The notes: a model not told the origin generated them from the sequence alone. A stretch of 64,000 nt of DNA from Candidatus Yanofskybacteria bacterium (GCA_020847715.1 JADLBM010000021.1:800-64799); one strand, 5' to 3'; counted from the first letter of the stretch, positions 18,180 through 29,524 are shown. Program-made: numbers and translations.

Positions 18180-18356
18180 ATGGCAATAAAAACCATAAGG
18201 CAAATACGGCCTGTCCGCCCAATCAAGCCGATTGAGCGGATGCAAAATATCCAGACACTCCCCCCGATTGGGGCGAGGAAATGGATACGGGCGCATTGGC
18301 GTTACGACTACATCTCCCGAAAATGGGAGTGGGTCTTAGGCCACTGGTCACGTTAA
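18180..18356 (+). CDS. small basic Trp-rich protein (WxxGxW-like repeats)
   Basis: KWIRAHW...WEWVLGHW; the upstream ATG at 18018 lies inside the promoter, so 18180 is preferred. Confidence 0.6.
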   Translation: MAIKTIRQIRPVRPIKPIERMQNIQTLPPIGARKWIRAHWRYDYISRKWEWVLGHWSR

Positions 18357-18463
18357 GCCCAGACAACATCACAAACAGCTCACCGAAGTGAGCTGTTTGT
18401 GTGCCACTATACTAGGATATCGCTTCAATGGTGGCGGGGATGTGGCAAGAGAGGGGGTGAAAT

Positions 18464-19027
18464 CTACTGACCATCGGTAGGGGCAGCTTTTGCTTTTTCC
18501 TGCTCATCAATGTCCTTCACGTTCCAGCCCTTGGTGGTGATGATTTTGTCTCGGAGGTAGATACCAAGCACTTCAGTAACATCACTGAACTCAAGACCTT
18601 CTTTGAAAAGGTAGTCCTTGATTGCCGTCATGCGGTCGTCTGCCTCAAGCGTAGCAATGACCTTCTTTGATGCTTCCTGTACATCGTAGGATGTCTTTAC
18701 ATTCTCGCCATCAACCTTGCTCAGAAGGTCGGTGATATTATCGTCAACAAACTTCCGACCACCGCTTTCGGTAAGCACTTTCTCTCCACGTTCCGTGAGG
18801 GAGATAGGGCTTTTCTTTTTCGTGAGAGGGCCTTGATTGTCTAGCATCGTCTCACACTTTATTGTTTTGTCGCGAATTTCTTTTACTTCCTTTTGCACCC
18901 CTTCAATATCCTTTTCGGCTCGGTCAACCTTAGACTTATATTGACCGATGGTGAATACGGCTGACAACCCACCGACGATTGCGGCAAGCAGGAGGTTTAC
19001 TATGAAGAAAATCATCTCTTTATCCAT
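18464..19027 (-). CDS. membrane-anchored coiled-coil hypothetical protein
   Basis: N-terminal TM then heptad region; lower GC; TACCAT 6 nt before MDKEM. Confidence 0.75.
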   Translation of the reverse strand: MDKEMIFFIVNLLLAAIVGGLSAVFTIGQYKSKVDRAEKDIEGVQKEVKEIRDKTIKCETMLDNQGPLTKKKSPISLTERGEKVLTESGGRKFVDDNITDLLSKVDGENVKTSYDVQEASKKVIATLEADDRMTAIKDYLFKEGLEFSDVTEVLGIYLRDKIITTKGWNVKDIDEQEKAKAAPTDGQ

Positions 19028-19247
19028 GAACGTATGGTACAAGATATTTGGGGTATTTGAAAGTATCATTCCGATGTTCATGTCTTAATTGCTGCCAGGG
19101 AGTACTCACCATATTTTTTTAGTCTGAGTGAGCGCTCGATCCAGTCACCCAGCGGCCCCGCGCTTGGCCGCAGATGAGGCGATGAAATCCGGCTTCGGCC
19201 CCGACGAGGTCCGAGCGATTTCCTTTCGTGCAGGTCGAGAGCTAGCG

Positions 19248-19643
19248 CTAGAAAGTATTTTCAAACTCTCCATCCTTGCAGAGCGCATTTTCCCGCCACC
19301 AGAAAGATAATCCTCCACCGTTCAAAGGGTAAAGTTCGTCACATTTCGCATCGCTTTTTGGTTTCGGGTCGCTATACCTGATGTAGCACGTGTCGTTTCC
19401 CTCGCCATACCGCCAACCCTTCACATTGCTCCACTTGGCACCCTCAGTCTTGTAAATCGCCAAGCAATCATTTCTTCTATCAGCAGCATATTTCTTATTA
19501 GCCTCTTCGCTCTTTCTATTTTGGTACCCCTGATACGAAGCAGAGGCGACGACTACCACTAGAAGTATTGATAGCAGTATGCCGACCCTAAACCAATTGT
19601 GACCCAGCCAGCGTAATGCGCGAGAAAGTATGCGTTTCATCAT
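19248..19643 (-). CDS. membrane-anchored hypothetical protein with 4 Cys
   Basis: TM segment then extracytoplasmic domain; lower GC. Confidence 0.7.
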   Translation of the reverse strand: MMKRILSRALRWLGHNWFRVGILLSILLVVVVASASYQGYQNRKSEEANKKYAADRRNDCLAIYKTEGAKWSNVKGWRYGEGNDTCYIRYSDPKPKSDAKCDELYPLNGGGLSFWWRENALCKDGEFENTF

Positions 19644-19679
19644 ACCCATATGTTACACCTACTGCCTTTCGCTACAATA

Positions 19680-19795
19680 GATTCGCGAGTCCGGATGCTC
19701 CGCGATGCGCGAGCGAGAAGCGCAGTGAGCCGTACTACCGATACGGCGAGCGCGCATCGCAGCGGCAACGAAGCGGGGCGCCGGAATCGCGAATC
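19680..19795. repeat. ~100-bp structured palindromic element, copy 2
   Basis: gattcgcga/tcgcgaatc terminal stem; core aligns with 3790-3887. Confidence 0.7.
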
Positions 19796-19800
19796 CCCCA

Positions 19801-19839
19801 GCAAAAGCAAAAGACCCCAAACGGGGTCTTTTGCTTTGC
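19801..19839. terminator. intrinsic terminator after rpsJ
   Basis: aaagcaaaagacccc/ggggtcttttgcttt inverted repeat. Confidence 0.7.
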
Positions 19840-19855
19840 CATGAGTACTCGGTAA

Positions 19856-19875
19856 CCCTTCGACTTCGCTCAGGG
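19856..19875. repeat. REP-like CCCTTCGACTTCGCTCAGGG hairpin
   Basis: Imperfect palindrome of a type I recognise from other bacterial genomes. Confidence 0.55.
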
Positions 19876-19892
19876 TAATTCGCCCTAGCGAA

Positions 19893-20219
19893 TTACATTT
19901 TGATTTCGATGTCGACGCCCGCAGGAAGTGCCAGATTGGTCAACGACTCGATAATCTTCGGAGTCGGACCGTGGATGTCGATGAGGCGCTTGTGGATGCG
20001 CATCTCGAACTGCTCACGGGAGTGCTTGTCGATGAACGACGCGCGGTTGACCGTGAACTTCGAGATTTCGGTCGGAAGGGGCACCGGACCTACCGGCTTG
20101 CCACCGTACCGCTCGATGGTATCCGCGATTTGCCGCGCCGACTTGTCGATGATTTTGTTGTCGTATGCGCGGAGCTTGATGCGGATGCGCTGCTCCTGTT
20201 TTTCGGTTTTCTTGGCCAT
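19893..20219 (-). CDS. rpsJ: 30S ribosomal protein S10
   Basis: [31 protein letters not shown]. Confidence 0.98.
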   Translation of the reverse strand: MAKKTEKQEQRIRIKLRAYDNKIIDKSARQIADTIERYGGKPVGPVPLPTEISKFTVNRASFIDKHSREQFEMRIHKRLIDIHGPTPKIIESLTNLALPAGVDIEIKM

Positions 20220-20242
20220 GGCAAAGAACGAATGAGGTGTGA

Positions 20243-21439
20243 TTACTTGATGATCTTCGTAACCGCACCGGCGCCGACCGTCTTACCGCCTTCGCGGATA
20301 GCGAAGCGAAGCTTCTCATCCATAGCGACAGGGGCGATCAGCGTTACCTTCACGGTCACCGTATCACCAGGCATGACCATCTCGGCACCCTCCGGGAGGA
20401 ACACCTCGCCGGTCACGTCAGTGGTGCGGAAGTAGAACTGCGGCTTGTAGCCCTTGAAGAACGGCGTGTGGCGTCCACCCTCTTCCTTCGTGAGCACGTA
20501 GATTTCTGCCTCGAACTCGGTGTGCGGGGTGATCGAACCCGGCTTCGCAAGCACCTGTCCGCGCTCGACATCCTCTTTCTTCAGACCGCGGATAAGGATA
20601 CCGGCGTTGTCGCCCGCCATACCTTCGTTGAGCGACTTGTTGAACATCTCGATGCCCGTGATGACGGTCTTCTGCGTCGGGCGGAGACCGACGACCTCGA
20701 CTTCATCGTTCACCTTGCACATACCGCGCTCGATGCGTCCCGTGACGACCGTGCCGCGACCTTCAATGGTGAAGATGTCTTCCACCGGCATGAGGAACGG
20801 CTTGTCGGTTTCGCGCTTCGGCTCGGCGATGTAGCTGTCGCAGGTGTCGATGAGCGTCTTGACTGCCTTCACGTACTCGTCGTCCTTCGACTTGCCCTCG
20901 AGCGCCTTCAGACCGGAACCGCGGATAATCGGGGAATCGGTGAAGCCATACTTGGCAAGAAGGTCCTTCAGCTCAGCCTCAACGAGGTCGAGCATTTCCT
21001 TGTCATCAACCATATCAACCTTGTTCAGGAAGACGATGATGTACGGAACACCAACCTGCTTGGCGAGCAGGATGTGCTCGCGGGTCTGCGGCATTGCGCC
21101 ATCGGTGGCGGCAACGACCAGGATTGCGCCGTCCATCTGGGCGGCACCCGTGATCATGTTCTTGATGTAGTCAGCGTGTCCCGGAGCGTCGATGTGTGCG
21201 TAGTGGCGGTTCGGGGTCCAGTACTCCGAGTGGTGGAGCTGGATGGTGATACCGCGAGCCTTTTCCTCCGGAGCCTTGTCGATGGAGTCGATGGCCTCAA
21301 CGCGAGAACCATAGCCCTCATCCTTATACATATCCAGCACGTGCAGGATGCCTGCCGTGAGGGTGGTCTTGCCGTGGTCAACATGGCCGATGGTGCCGAT
21401 GTTAACGTGTGGCTTTGTACGATCGAATGCGTCTGCCAT
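20243..21439 (-). CDS. tuf: elongation factor Tu
   Basis: [30 protein letters not shown]. Confidence 0.99.
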   Translation of the reverse strand: MADAFDRTKPHVNIGTIGHVDHGKTTLTAGILHVLDMYKDEGYGSRVEAIDSIDKAPEEKARGITIQLHHSEYWTPNRHYAHIDAPGHADYIKNMITGAAQMDGAILVVAATDGAMPQTREHILLAKQVGVPYIIVFLNKVDMVDDKEMLDLVEAELKDLLAKYGFTDSPIIRGSGLKALEGKSKDDEYVKAVKTLIDTCDSYIAEPKRETDKPFLMPVEDIFTIEGRGTVVTGRIERGMCKVNDEVEVVGLRPTQKTVITGIEMFNKSLNEGMAGDNAGILIRGLKKEDVERGQVLAKPGSITPHTEFEAEIYVLTKEEGGRHTPFFKGYKPQFYFRTTDVTGEVFLPEGAEMVMPGDTVTVKVTLIAPVAMDEKLRFAIREGGKTVGAGAVTKIIK

Positions 21440-21564
21440 AGGGTTTAGTACGTGCGATGCGCCGTTGGTTCACCAGACCAGTGTCGCCGTGGTGTGCGCC
21501 AGTGGTCTAGCGGCATCGCACAATTAGTGTTCTTCATTTTATACGGAATGCTTCACGAAGTCAA
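21440..21564 (-). promoter_or_regulatory. internal tuf promoter and stem-loop leader
   Basis: TTGACT-17-TAAAAT; gtgcgatg/catcgcac stem. Confidence 0.6.
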
Positions 21565-21849
21565 CTATCGCTGTCCCTCCCCTTGCGCCTCCTCCTGGGC
21601 TATCTGCTCTCGCAATGCCAGGATCTCTTTATTCAATCGCTCGAGCACCGCATCCTGCGCTTGCGCCGCGGGCCGGCTTTTCGGCCACCGAGCGGCGATG
21701 GGCACCTCCTCCGACGCTTCGGTCGGAGCCCCGACCGCTTCGCGTCGGGGTTGCCCCAATTCCCGTACGACGAGCGGTAAGTGCCCCTCCTCGACCAGCA
21801 CCACCGAGCCGTACTCCTTCACCAATTGTCGCACCTGCTTAATATCCAT
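21565..21849 (-). CDS. hypothetical protein between fusA and tuf
   Basis: Starts 3 nt after fusA stop; C-terminal coiled coil. Confidence 0.7.
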   Translation of the reverse strand: MDIKQVRQLVKEYGSVVLVEEGHLPLVVRELGQPRREAVGAPTEASEEVPIAARWPKSRPAAQAQDAVLERLNKEILALREQIAQEEAQGEGQR

Positions 21850-21852
21850 GGA

Positions 21853-23961
<2,109 letters not shown>

Positions 23962-23972
23962 CGATCTGCTCT

Positions 23973-24449
23973 CTATTTATTCCCCCACGCGAAGTGCGCG
24001 AAGGCGCGGTTCGCATCCGCCATGCGGTGCGTGTCCGCCTTCTTCTTCACCGCATTGCCGGTATTGTTGAATGCGCTAATGAATTCGTCAGCGAGTTTCA
24101 CTTCCATATCGCGACCCTTCCCACTGCGAGCAGAGTCGATCATCCAGCGGAGCGCGAGCTGAACACGGCGCTCGGGACGAACCTCGATAGGAACCTGGTA
24201 GTTCGCGCCACCGACACGGCGGCTCTTGAGCTCCATGGTCGGACCGGCGTTGGCGATAGCGGCATCCAAGACCTCCATCGGAGTCTTCTTGGTGCTCTCA
24301 GCAGCGCGATCGAGCGCCGAGTAGACGATGCGGGTCGCAAGCGACTTCTTTCCAGACTTCATGATCTGGTTGATGAGCTTCGACACCAGAATACTGGAGT
24401 ACTTCTGGTCCGGCTGGAGAACGTTTCGTTTTGAGATTGGACGACGCAT
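23973..24449 (-). CDS. rpsG: 30S ribosomal protein S7
   Basis: SRRVGGANYQVP, ANRAFAHF. Confidence 0.98.
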   Translation of the reverse strand: MRRPISKRNVLQPDQKYSSILVSKLINQIMKSGKKSLATRIVYSALDRAAESTKKTPMEVLDAAIANAGPTMELKSRRVGGANYQVPIEVRPERRVQLALRWMIDSARSGKGRDMEVKLADEFISAFNNTGNAVKKKADTHRMADANRAFAHFAWGNK

Positions 24450-24467
24450 TGATGAAATGGATAACGA

Positions 24468-24890
24468 CTATTTCGCAGGGGTCTTCGGTCGCTTCACGCC
24501 ATACTTCGAGCGCTCCTGACGACGGCCTTCAACGCCAGCGGCATCAAGCATACCGCGAACGATGTGGTAGCGGACGCCCGGCAAGTCTTTCACGCGACCA
24601 CCACGAATCATGACCACCGAGTGCTCCTGCAAATTATGGCCAATACCCGGGATGTACGCAGTGACCTCCATGCCGTTGCTCAAGCGAACGCGGGCGATCT
24701 TGCGAAGCGCCGAGTTCGGCTTCTTCGGGGTCGTAGTCGTAACCTTTACGCATACGCCGCGCTTGAACGGAGCCGGATAGTAGATGGGACGGTTCTTCAG
24801 TGTATTGAAACCCAGCGCCATCGCAGGCGATTTGGTCTTGGTCTTTGCGGTCCGCCGTGGGCGGCGCATCATCTGATTGAAGGTCGGCAT
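24468..24890 (-). CDS. rpsL: 30S ribosomal protein S12
   Basis: [20 protein letters not shown]. Confidence 0.99.
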   Translation of the reverse strand: MPTFNQMMRRPRRTAKTKTKSPAMALGFNTLKNRPIYYPAPFKRGVCVKVTTTTPKKPNSALRKIARVRLSNGMEVTAYIPGIGHNLQEHSVVMIRGGRVKDLPGVRYHIVRGMLDAAGVEGRRQERSKYGVKRPKTPAK

Positions 24891-25035
24891 GGTCTTGAAA
24901 GCTCTTGAAAGTCACTGCAAGTCAGAATTGCCATAGCCCTTTGGGCCGCAATTCTGACTGTTTGGACTCTGTCTCTACAAAGTCCAAACAAAAAACCCTC
25001 TCACTGGACACGAAATTGTTGCAGGGACAAGTGTA

Positions 25036-25659
25036 TCAGAAGAGCCGAGCGCCTGTCAACAGTCCGAAGAGATGCATGAGAACGGGCGATATGAGCGGGA
25101 ATATCACAAAGACAACCACAGCAAGGAAGAACCACTGGTGCCGATAGAGTGCTAGCTTGAGAGCGTTGAACCGCGCCGGAAGCACCGACATGAGGAACCA
25201 GTGGCCGTCCAGCGGCGGCACCGGAATAAGGTTGAACACCGCGAGCACGAGGTTAATCCATACAATGTAGAGCACCAGAGAAACGGCCAGCGGCGAGAAG
25301 AAGCCGCCGAATAGGCGCACTGCAAGAGCGGCAAGCAGGGCGAGAAGAATGTTGGCCATTGGTCCGGCAACGCCGACCTTGCTTGGACCGTAGATGCGGT
25401 CGCGGAGCGCGCTCGGATCGTAGGGAACGGGCTTTGCATATCCAAACAGGAACGGCGATCCGGAAAGCACCAAAAACGCCGGCAGGAGAACGGAACCGAA
25501 CATATCAATGTGCTTCAGCGGATTGAGCGTGAGGCGCCCTAAGCGCTCGGCCGTACGGTCACCCAGCGAGCGAGCCATGAGGCCATGCGAAACTTCGTGG
25601 ATAACCACGGAGAAGATAAGGGCGACGACACGAAAAACAGTGATACCGATGGATTCCAT
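25036..25659 (-). CDS. site-2 protease (M50) family
   Basis: HEVSH, GRLTLNPLKH, FNLIPVPPLDG. Confidence 0.93.
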   Translation of the reverse strand: MESIGITVFRVVALIFSVVIHEVSHGLMARSLGDRTAERLGRLTLNPLKHIDMFGSVLLPAFLVLSGSPFLFGYAKPVPYDPSALRDRIYGPSKVGVAGPMANILLALLAALAVRLFGGFFSPLAVSLVLYIVWINLVLAVFNLIPVPPLDGHWFLMSVLPARFNALKLALYRHQWFFLAVVVFVIFPLISPVLMHLFGLLTGARLF

Positions 25660-25736
25660 GGGGTCTCTTGCCAAAATACCACTTTTCCTATACCATAGCC
25701 AGACATCGGAAGAGTTAGCTGTAAACCCTCACTTCT

Positions 25737-25922
25737 ATGGCCGTCAAATGCCCAAAGTGCCGTAAAGGTTCCCGCATGGTCACCAGCCGTGTCCTTTTGC
25801 GCGGCAACTACAACCCGACCGGGAAGAGCCGCAAGAAGCCCAACCTCCAGTGGGCCCGCGTCGATGGCAAGCGCATCAAGCTTTGCACCGACTGCATCAA
25901 AACTCTCGCAAAGACCGCGTAA
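25737..25922 (+). CDS. rpmB: 50S ribosomal protein L28
   Basis: CPKC...KPNLQ...CTDCIK. Confidence 0.88.
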   Translation: MAVKCPKCRKGSRMVTSRVLLRGNYNPTGKSRKKPNLQWARVDGKRIKLCTDCIKTLAKTA

Positions 25923-25985
25923 CTCTGCCTCTCCCCCCACAACAAAACCGCCCCGAGGGGCGGTTTTGGCATCCAAGCGGCAGAC

Positions 25986-27230
25986 CTACTGACCTATGCA
26001 GACCCCGCGGAATAGATATACGTCATCAATAGCTTCAGTGCATTCATACCGACAAACGTAATCATCCACATTGCCGTCAAACGCGGCTCTGCAAACCATG
26101 CTTCTTCCCGTACACTGCGTCGGCGGCTGGTACGGGTAATTATATTTCATCGCTTGAGGGGAATTCAACCCGTAGAGGCAGAACGAGCTGGGGCCTACTC
26201 TTGCCGGATAAACACTTTCGCTCACCGTCAAGTCTTCGCCAAAAACTGCCACGACACGACCGCTTCCCCCCACATGATTCGGATATGACACTGCGGGACC
26301 CCCGATACCGCCGTACCCCGTGTATGGGGGATAGTAACCGGCAGAATAATCAACATCCGCCGTCCTCACCGGACTCCGCCCAGAAGCGGGAAAGGCCTGA
26401 AACACAACATCGTCTCGATATGACGGATTCACATATGCTGTGCCACCGCCTCCTCCACCTCCCATGCCATTCACATAGTTCGGATATCCGGAACCGAGCG
26501 ATCCGCCGCCTCCGCCGCCACCATACCCTTTTCCGCCACTACCGGCCAAATAGTACCCCAAATTTCCGCCGGTAAAGGAAAAGTTCGAACCACCTGCTTG
26601 ACCGGGCGATGTCCCAGACCCGCCTGCGCCACCAGCGTTCAGAGCGGCGCCAATACCACCGCCAGCGGTTTGCCCGCCTGCAACGCCATTCCTTCCATTA
26701 CCTCCCCCGGCAAAAGCACCACCTTCGCCACCGTGTCCAAGCTGAGTAAATCCTGCAACCGCACCTGCTCCACCTCCGCCGCCGGGAGCAACAACCATGT
26801 ACTGATTATGCCCATCGCTCCAGACATAGGAATAATGGCCTCCCCCACCGACGCTATACTGCTGCCCTCCGGCAAGAAGTCTGAGGGTCTCTCCGGGAGT
26901 AACGTTCAGCTCTGCGATAACATGTCCGCCTCCTCCACCATTAGCAGAATCTACAATGCCTACCAAACCGCTACCGACAGGAAAGTAGGTATTTCCACCG
27001 TCTCCCCACGCCTTAATCTTAATCTTTGTGCATCCTGCAGGAACCGTCACATCTATCCATGAGTGGCTTCCGTTATCATTCGGCACACCATTAATACTGT
27101 GCCGTGATACGGAGCACCCATCCGCCTTCACCACATCTGACGTGAATGCACCCAGCTGGAATGCCACGACACCGGCGATGAGAACGCCTAAACCAAGAAC
27201 ATACAGACCTTTTCGTACAAACAGTTTCAT
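25986..27230 (-). CDS. secreted/anchored glycine-rich protein
   Basis: Signal-like N-terminus, poly-Gly runs, Cys-rich C-terminus; lower GC. Confidence 0.8.
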   Translation of the reverse strand: MKLFVRKGLYVLGLGVLIAGVVAFQLGAFTSDVVKADGCSVSRHSINGVPNDNGSHSWIDVTVPAGCTKIKIKAWGDGGNTYFPVGSGLVGIVDSANGGGGGHVIAELNVTPGETLRLLAGGQQYSVGGGGHYSYVWSDGHNQYMVVAPGGGGGAGAVAGFTQLGHGGEGGAFAGGGNGRNGVAGGQTAGGGIGAALNAGGAGGSGTSPGQAGGSNFSFTGGNLGYYLAGSGGKGYGGGGGGGSLGSGYPNYVNGMGGGGGGGTAYVNPSYRDDVVFQAFPASGRSPVRTADVDYSAGYYPPYTGYGGIGGPAVSYPNHVGGSGRVVAVFGEDLTVSESVYPARVGPSSFCLYGLNSPQAMKYNYPYQPPTQCTGRSMVCRAAFDGNVDDYVCRYECTEAIDDVYLFRGVCIGQ

Positions 27231-27366
27231 AAAAAATACAACGCCTCCAAAGAGGCGCAAATAAAGTTACCTTTCATATGTATCGACCATTGCGACCATT
27301 ATACGCCCGATGATACGAGGGAAGTTGATAAGTCAAAAACGCCCCCGGAACATGCCGGGGGCCTGC

Positions 27367-27654
27367 CTACTTCGCCGTCCTTTCTGCGAGACGCGCGAGC
27401 GCAGCAATGTGACTGTACAGCTTCTGAGCTCGGCCGCGCAGCTTACTCGTTTTGCCAGAAAGCATAGCCTTAAGCACATCGTGAGCCGGCCGATTCTTGG
27501 TCATCCGCAGAAGAGAACGCCGCTCATGCCTCCCGAACCAGTCCAGGTGGCCCGCCCGCACAAGCCGCGCGACAGTAAACAATACCGACACGTCTCGCGC
27601 CGCATCGAAGTGGTCGAAGGCGACCTTCTTTCGCCGCCGTAACGCGTGTCCCAT
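27367..27654 (-). CDS. orphan basic protein
   Basis: GGAGGT SD before MGHAL; terminator-like hairpin downstream. Confidence 0.6.
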   Translation of the reverse strand: MGHALRRRKKVAFDHFDAARDVSVLFTVARLVRAGHLDWFGRHERRSLLRMTKNRPAHDVLKAMLSGKTSKLRGRAQKLYSHIAALARLAERTAK

Positions 27655-27698
27655 AACGAACCTCCGAGGAGAGTATGCCATGCCGTGCAAGAAAGACA

Positions 27699-27736
27699 AC
27701 AAACAAGAACGTGCCACTTGGCACGTTCTTGTTTGT
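27699..27736. terminator. terminator downstream of tRNA-Pro locus
   Basis: 18-bp perfect inverted repeat. Confidence 0.7.
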
Positions 27737-27741
27737 GATTG

Positions 27742-27793
27742 TCGGGCTGCCGGGAATCGAACCTGCCTACCGGCAGGCAGGCCCGGTCTACAT
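27742..27793 (-). pseudogene. 3' half copy of tRNA-Pro with 20-nt palindrome in T arm
   Basis: Same as tRNA 3' half except for cctgcctaccggcaggcagg (27762-27781). Confidence 0.8.
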
Positions 27794-27828
27794 TCGCTCC
27801 GCGACCTGGGAATCAGTCATCACCAATG

Positions 27829-27899
27829 TCGGGCTGCCGGGAATCGAACCCGGTCTACATGCACCCCATGCATGCGTACTACCGGTATACGACAGCCCG
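27829..27899 (-). tRNA. tRNA-Pro(GGG)
   Basis: CGGGCTG/CAGCCCG acceptor stem, CATGC-ATGGGGT-GCATG anticodon arm, GGTTCGATTCC T arm. Confidence 0.93.
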
Positions 27900-27962
27900 A
27901 CATTAGTGACGACCGCTTTTCAATGCTCTGATTCCCGTTCGAGTGAAACCGTTCACTCGAAC

Positions 27963-27998
27963 CCCCATGCATGCGTACTACCGGTATACGACAGCCCG
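27963..27998 (-). pseudogene. 5' half copy of tRNA-Pro
   Basis: 36 nt identical to the tRNA 5' part through the anticodon and G37. Confidence 0.8.
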
Positions 27999-28114
27999 AG
28001 TATCTGTTTTGCCGCGTCAGCATACCCTAGAATACGGTGAGAGTCCAGGAGCGCCCCTTTCTTTTTCCAGGCACCCGTGGCATCATGCGCCTGCTATTTC
28101 ACAAAGGAGAGATC

Positions 28115-29047
28115 ATGTCGGCACAGAAGGTTCGCACCTTTCAGTCTGTGAATGAGCTCATCGAGAGGATGTGGCCGGAGCGGCCACCCGCGGGGCACTC
28201 GCACCGTGCTTTCTACGATACGGCAACAACAACGCTCCGCGAGCTTGAGCGCCTCGTCTGCCAGGCGATCGGCGCGCCCGTGCTCGTTGTGCATCGTCAC
28301 GAGAGCTTTCAGGGATGCGTCGGGTTCGGCTACACGCCGCGCGACGAAGACTACACCGTCAGCAAGACCTGCCTTCTCGGTATCGTCCGACAGCCCGGCC
28401 TCTTGCTCACGAGGCGTGATGGTGACCTGTTCCCACGCGTCGAGATTACCGTCGACAGGCACGTGTGGGCAGGTGACGCGATGATGAATCGCAGCGTCCA
28501 CGTTGCTACCGGGAACATCTGCGGCAATGCCCATGCGAGCCCAGTCACCGGCTGGGAAGGGCTCAACATCCCTCTGCGTGCCCGGAATCCTTGGAACGCA
28601 CTCAATAAGCCGTTGTGCACCGAAGTCATTGTCGGGGACGAGGCTGTGTGCGCTTGGGCGAAGAAGCATCATCACGAATTGTTCCTGCGCGATGCATTCC
28701 GACAGCTCGGCTACGCGATCGCATCGCCTGCCATCGACGAACGCGTTACCACGGAGCGTGTACGGCACGCCAATGCGCTCGAGCCCTTGTGGCTCAAACG
28801 GAGGATGCTCCACAATCGGATTGAGGCGCTAACCAGCTGCATTCTCAACGGCGAACATCCGATCTGGGAAGGCGAAGCGGACGCGCGCATCGCCACGCAC
28901 AAAGACCGCGAGGAGCTTGCGAACGTTGAGCGCCAGCTGCGCGAGCACATGTCGAAGCTCGCGGAGTACGGCGTGGGCGATGCGACGCCGAACATTCACC
29001 TTATCCGACACATCGCGGAACAGCTCGGCATTCAGCTCACGAAATAA
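28115..29047 (+). CDS. orphan hypothetical protein
   Basis: AAAGGAG SD before MSAQK; terminator at ~29053-29081. Confidence 0.75.
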   Translation: MSAQKVRTFQSVNELIERMWPERPPAGHSHRAFYDTATTTLRELERLVCQAIGAPVLVVHRHESFQGCVGFGYTPRDEDYTVSKTCLLGIVRQPGLLLTRRDGDLFPRVEITVDRHVWAGDAMMNRSVHVATGNICGNAHASPVTGWEGLNIPLRARNPWNALNKPLCTEVIVGDEAVCAWAKKHHHELFLRDAFRQLGYAIASPAIDERVTTERVRHANALEPLWLKRRMLHNRIEALTSCILNGEHPIWEGEADARIATHKDREELANVERQLREHMSKLAEYGVGDATPNIHLIRHIAEQLGIQLTK

Positions 29048-29132
29048 CGCGCAGCCCCTTCCCCACGGAAGGGGCTTTTTTGTACCCGTGAAGGGCGTAC
29101 ACTGAAGAGGTACTATCTATACCACTCACACG

Positions 29133-29519
29133 ATGAACGGATACACAACAAACATCGAACAGGCGACGATCGAGAACACAAACTTCAGGAAGGTATTGTA
29201 CACGGGCAAGAACTCACAGCTGGTACTGATGTCGATTCCGCCCGGTGAAGAGATTGGGGAAGAGACGCATCACCTCGACCAGTTCCTGCGACTCGAGCAA
29301 GGCACAGCGAAAGCCATCCTCGACGGCGTCGAACACAATATCGAAGACGCGTGGGCCGTTGTTGTGCCTGCAGGCACGAAGCACAACTTCATCAACACGG
29401 GAGATGTGGACCTGAAACTCTACAGCATCTACTCCCCGCCCGAACATAAAGACGGCACCGTGCATCCCACGAAGGCCGATGTGGTCGAGGAGCACTTCGA
29501 CGGCGTGACAACTGAGTAA
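29133..29519 (+). CDS. cupin domain protein
   Basis: EIGEETH...DQF...VPAGTKHN...YSPPEH. Confidence 0.92.
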   Translation: MNGYTTNIEQATIENTNFRKVLYTGKNSQLVLMSIPPGEEIGEETHHLDQFLRLEQGTAKAILDGVEHNIEDAWAVVVPAGTKHNFINTGDVDLKLYSIYSPPEHKDGTVHPTKADVVEEHFDGVTTE

Positions 29520-29524
29520 GGCCA

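Noticed and set aside
19165-19225. Hammerhead ribozyme
   Set aside because: CAGATGAG/CCGACGAG deviate from CUGANGA and the stems do not assemble around a GAAA core
14250-19800. Classical integron
   Set aside because: No tyrosine recombinase in the window and no convincing attC ends; cassettes carry their own promoters
14250-19800. Prophage
   Set aside because: No integrase, structural, terminase or replication genes recognisable
27742-27793. Simple attR remnant of an integrated element
   Set aside because: Both tRNA halves are duplicated on opposite sides within ~65 bp of the intact tRNA, and no integrase is adjacent
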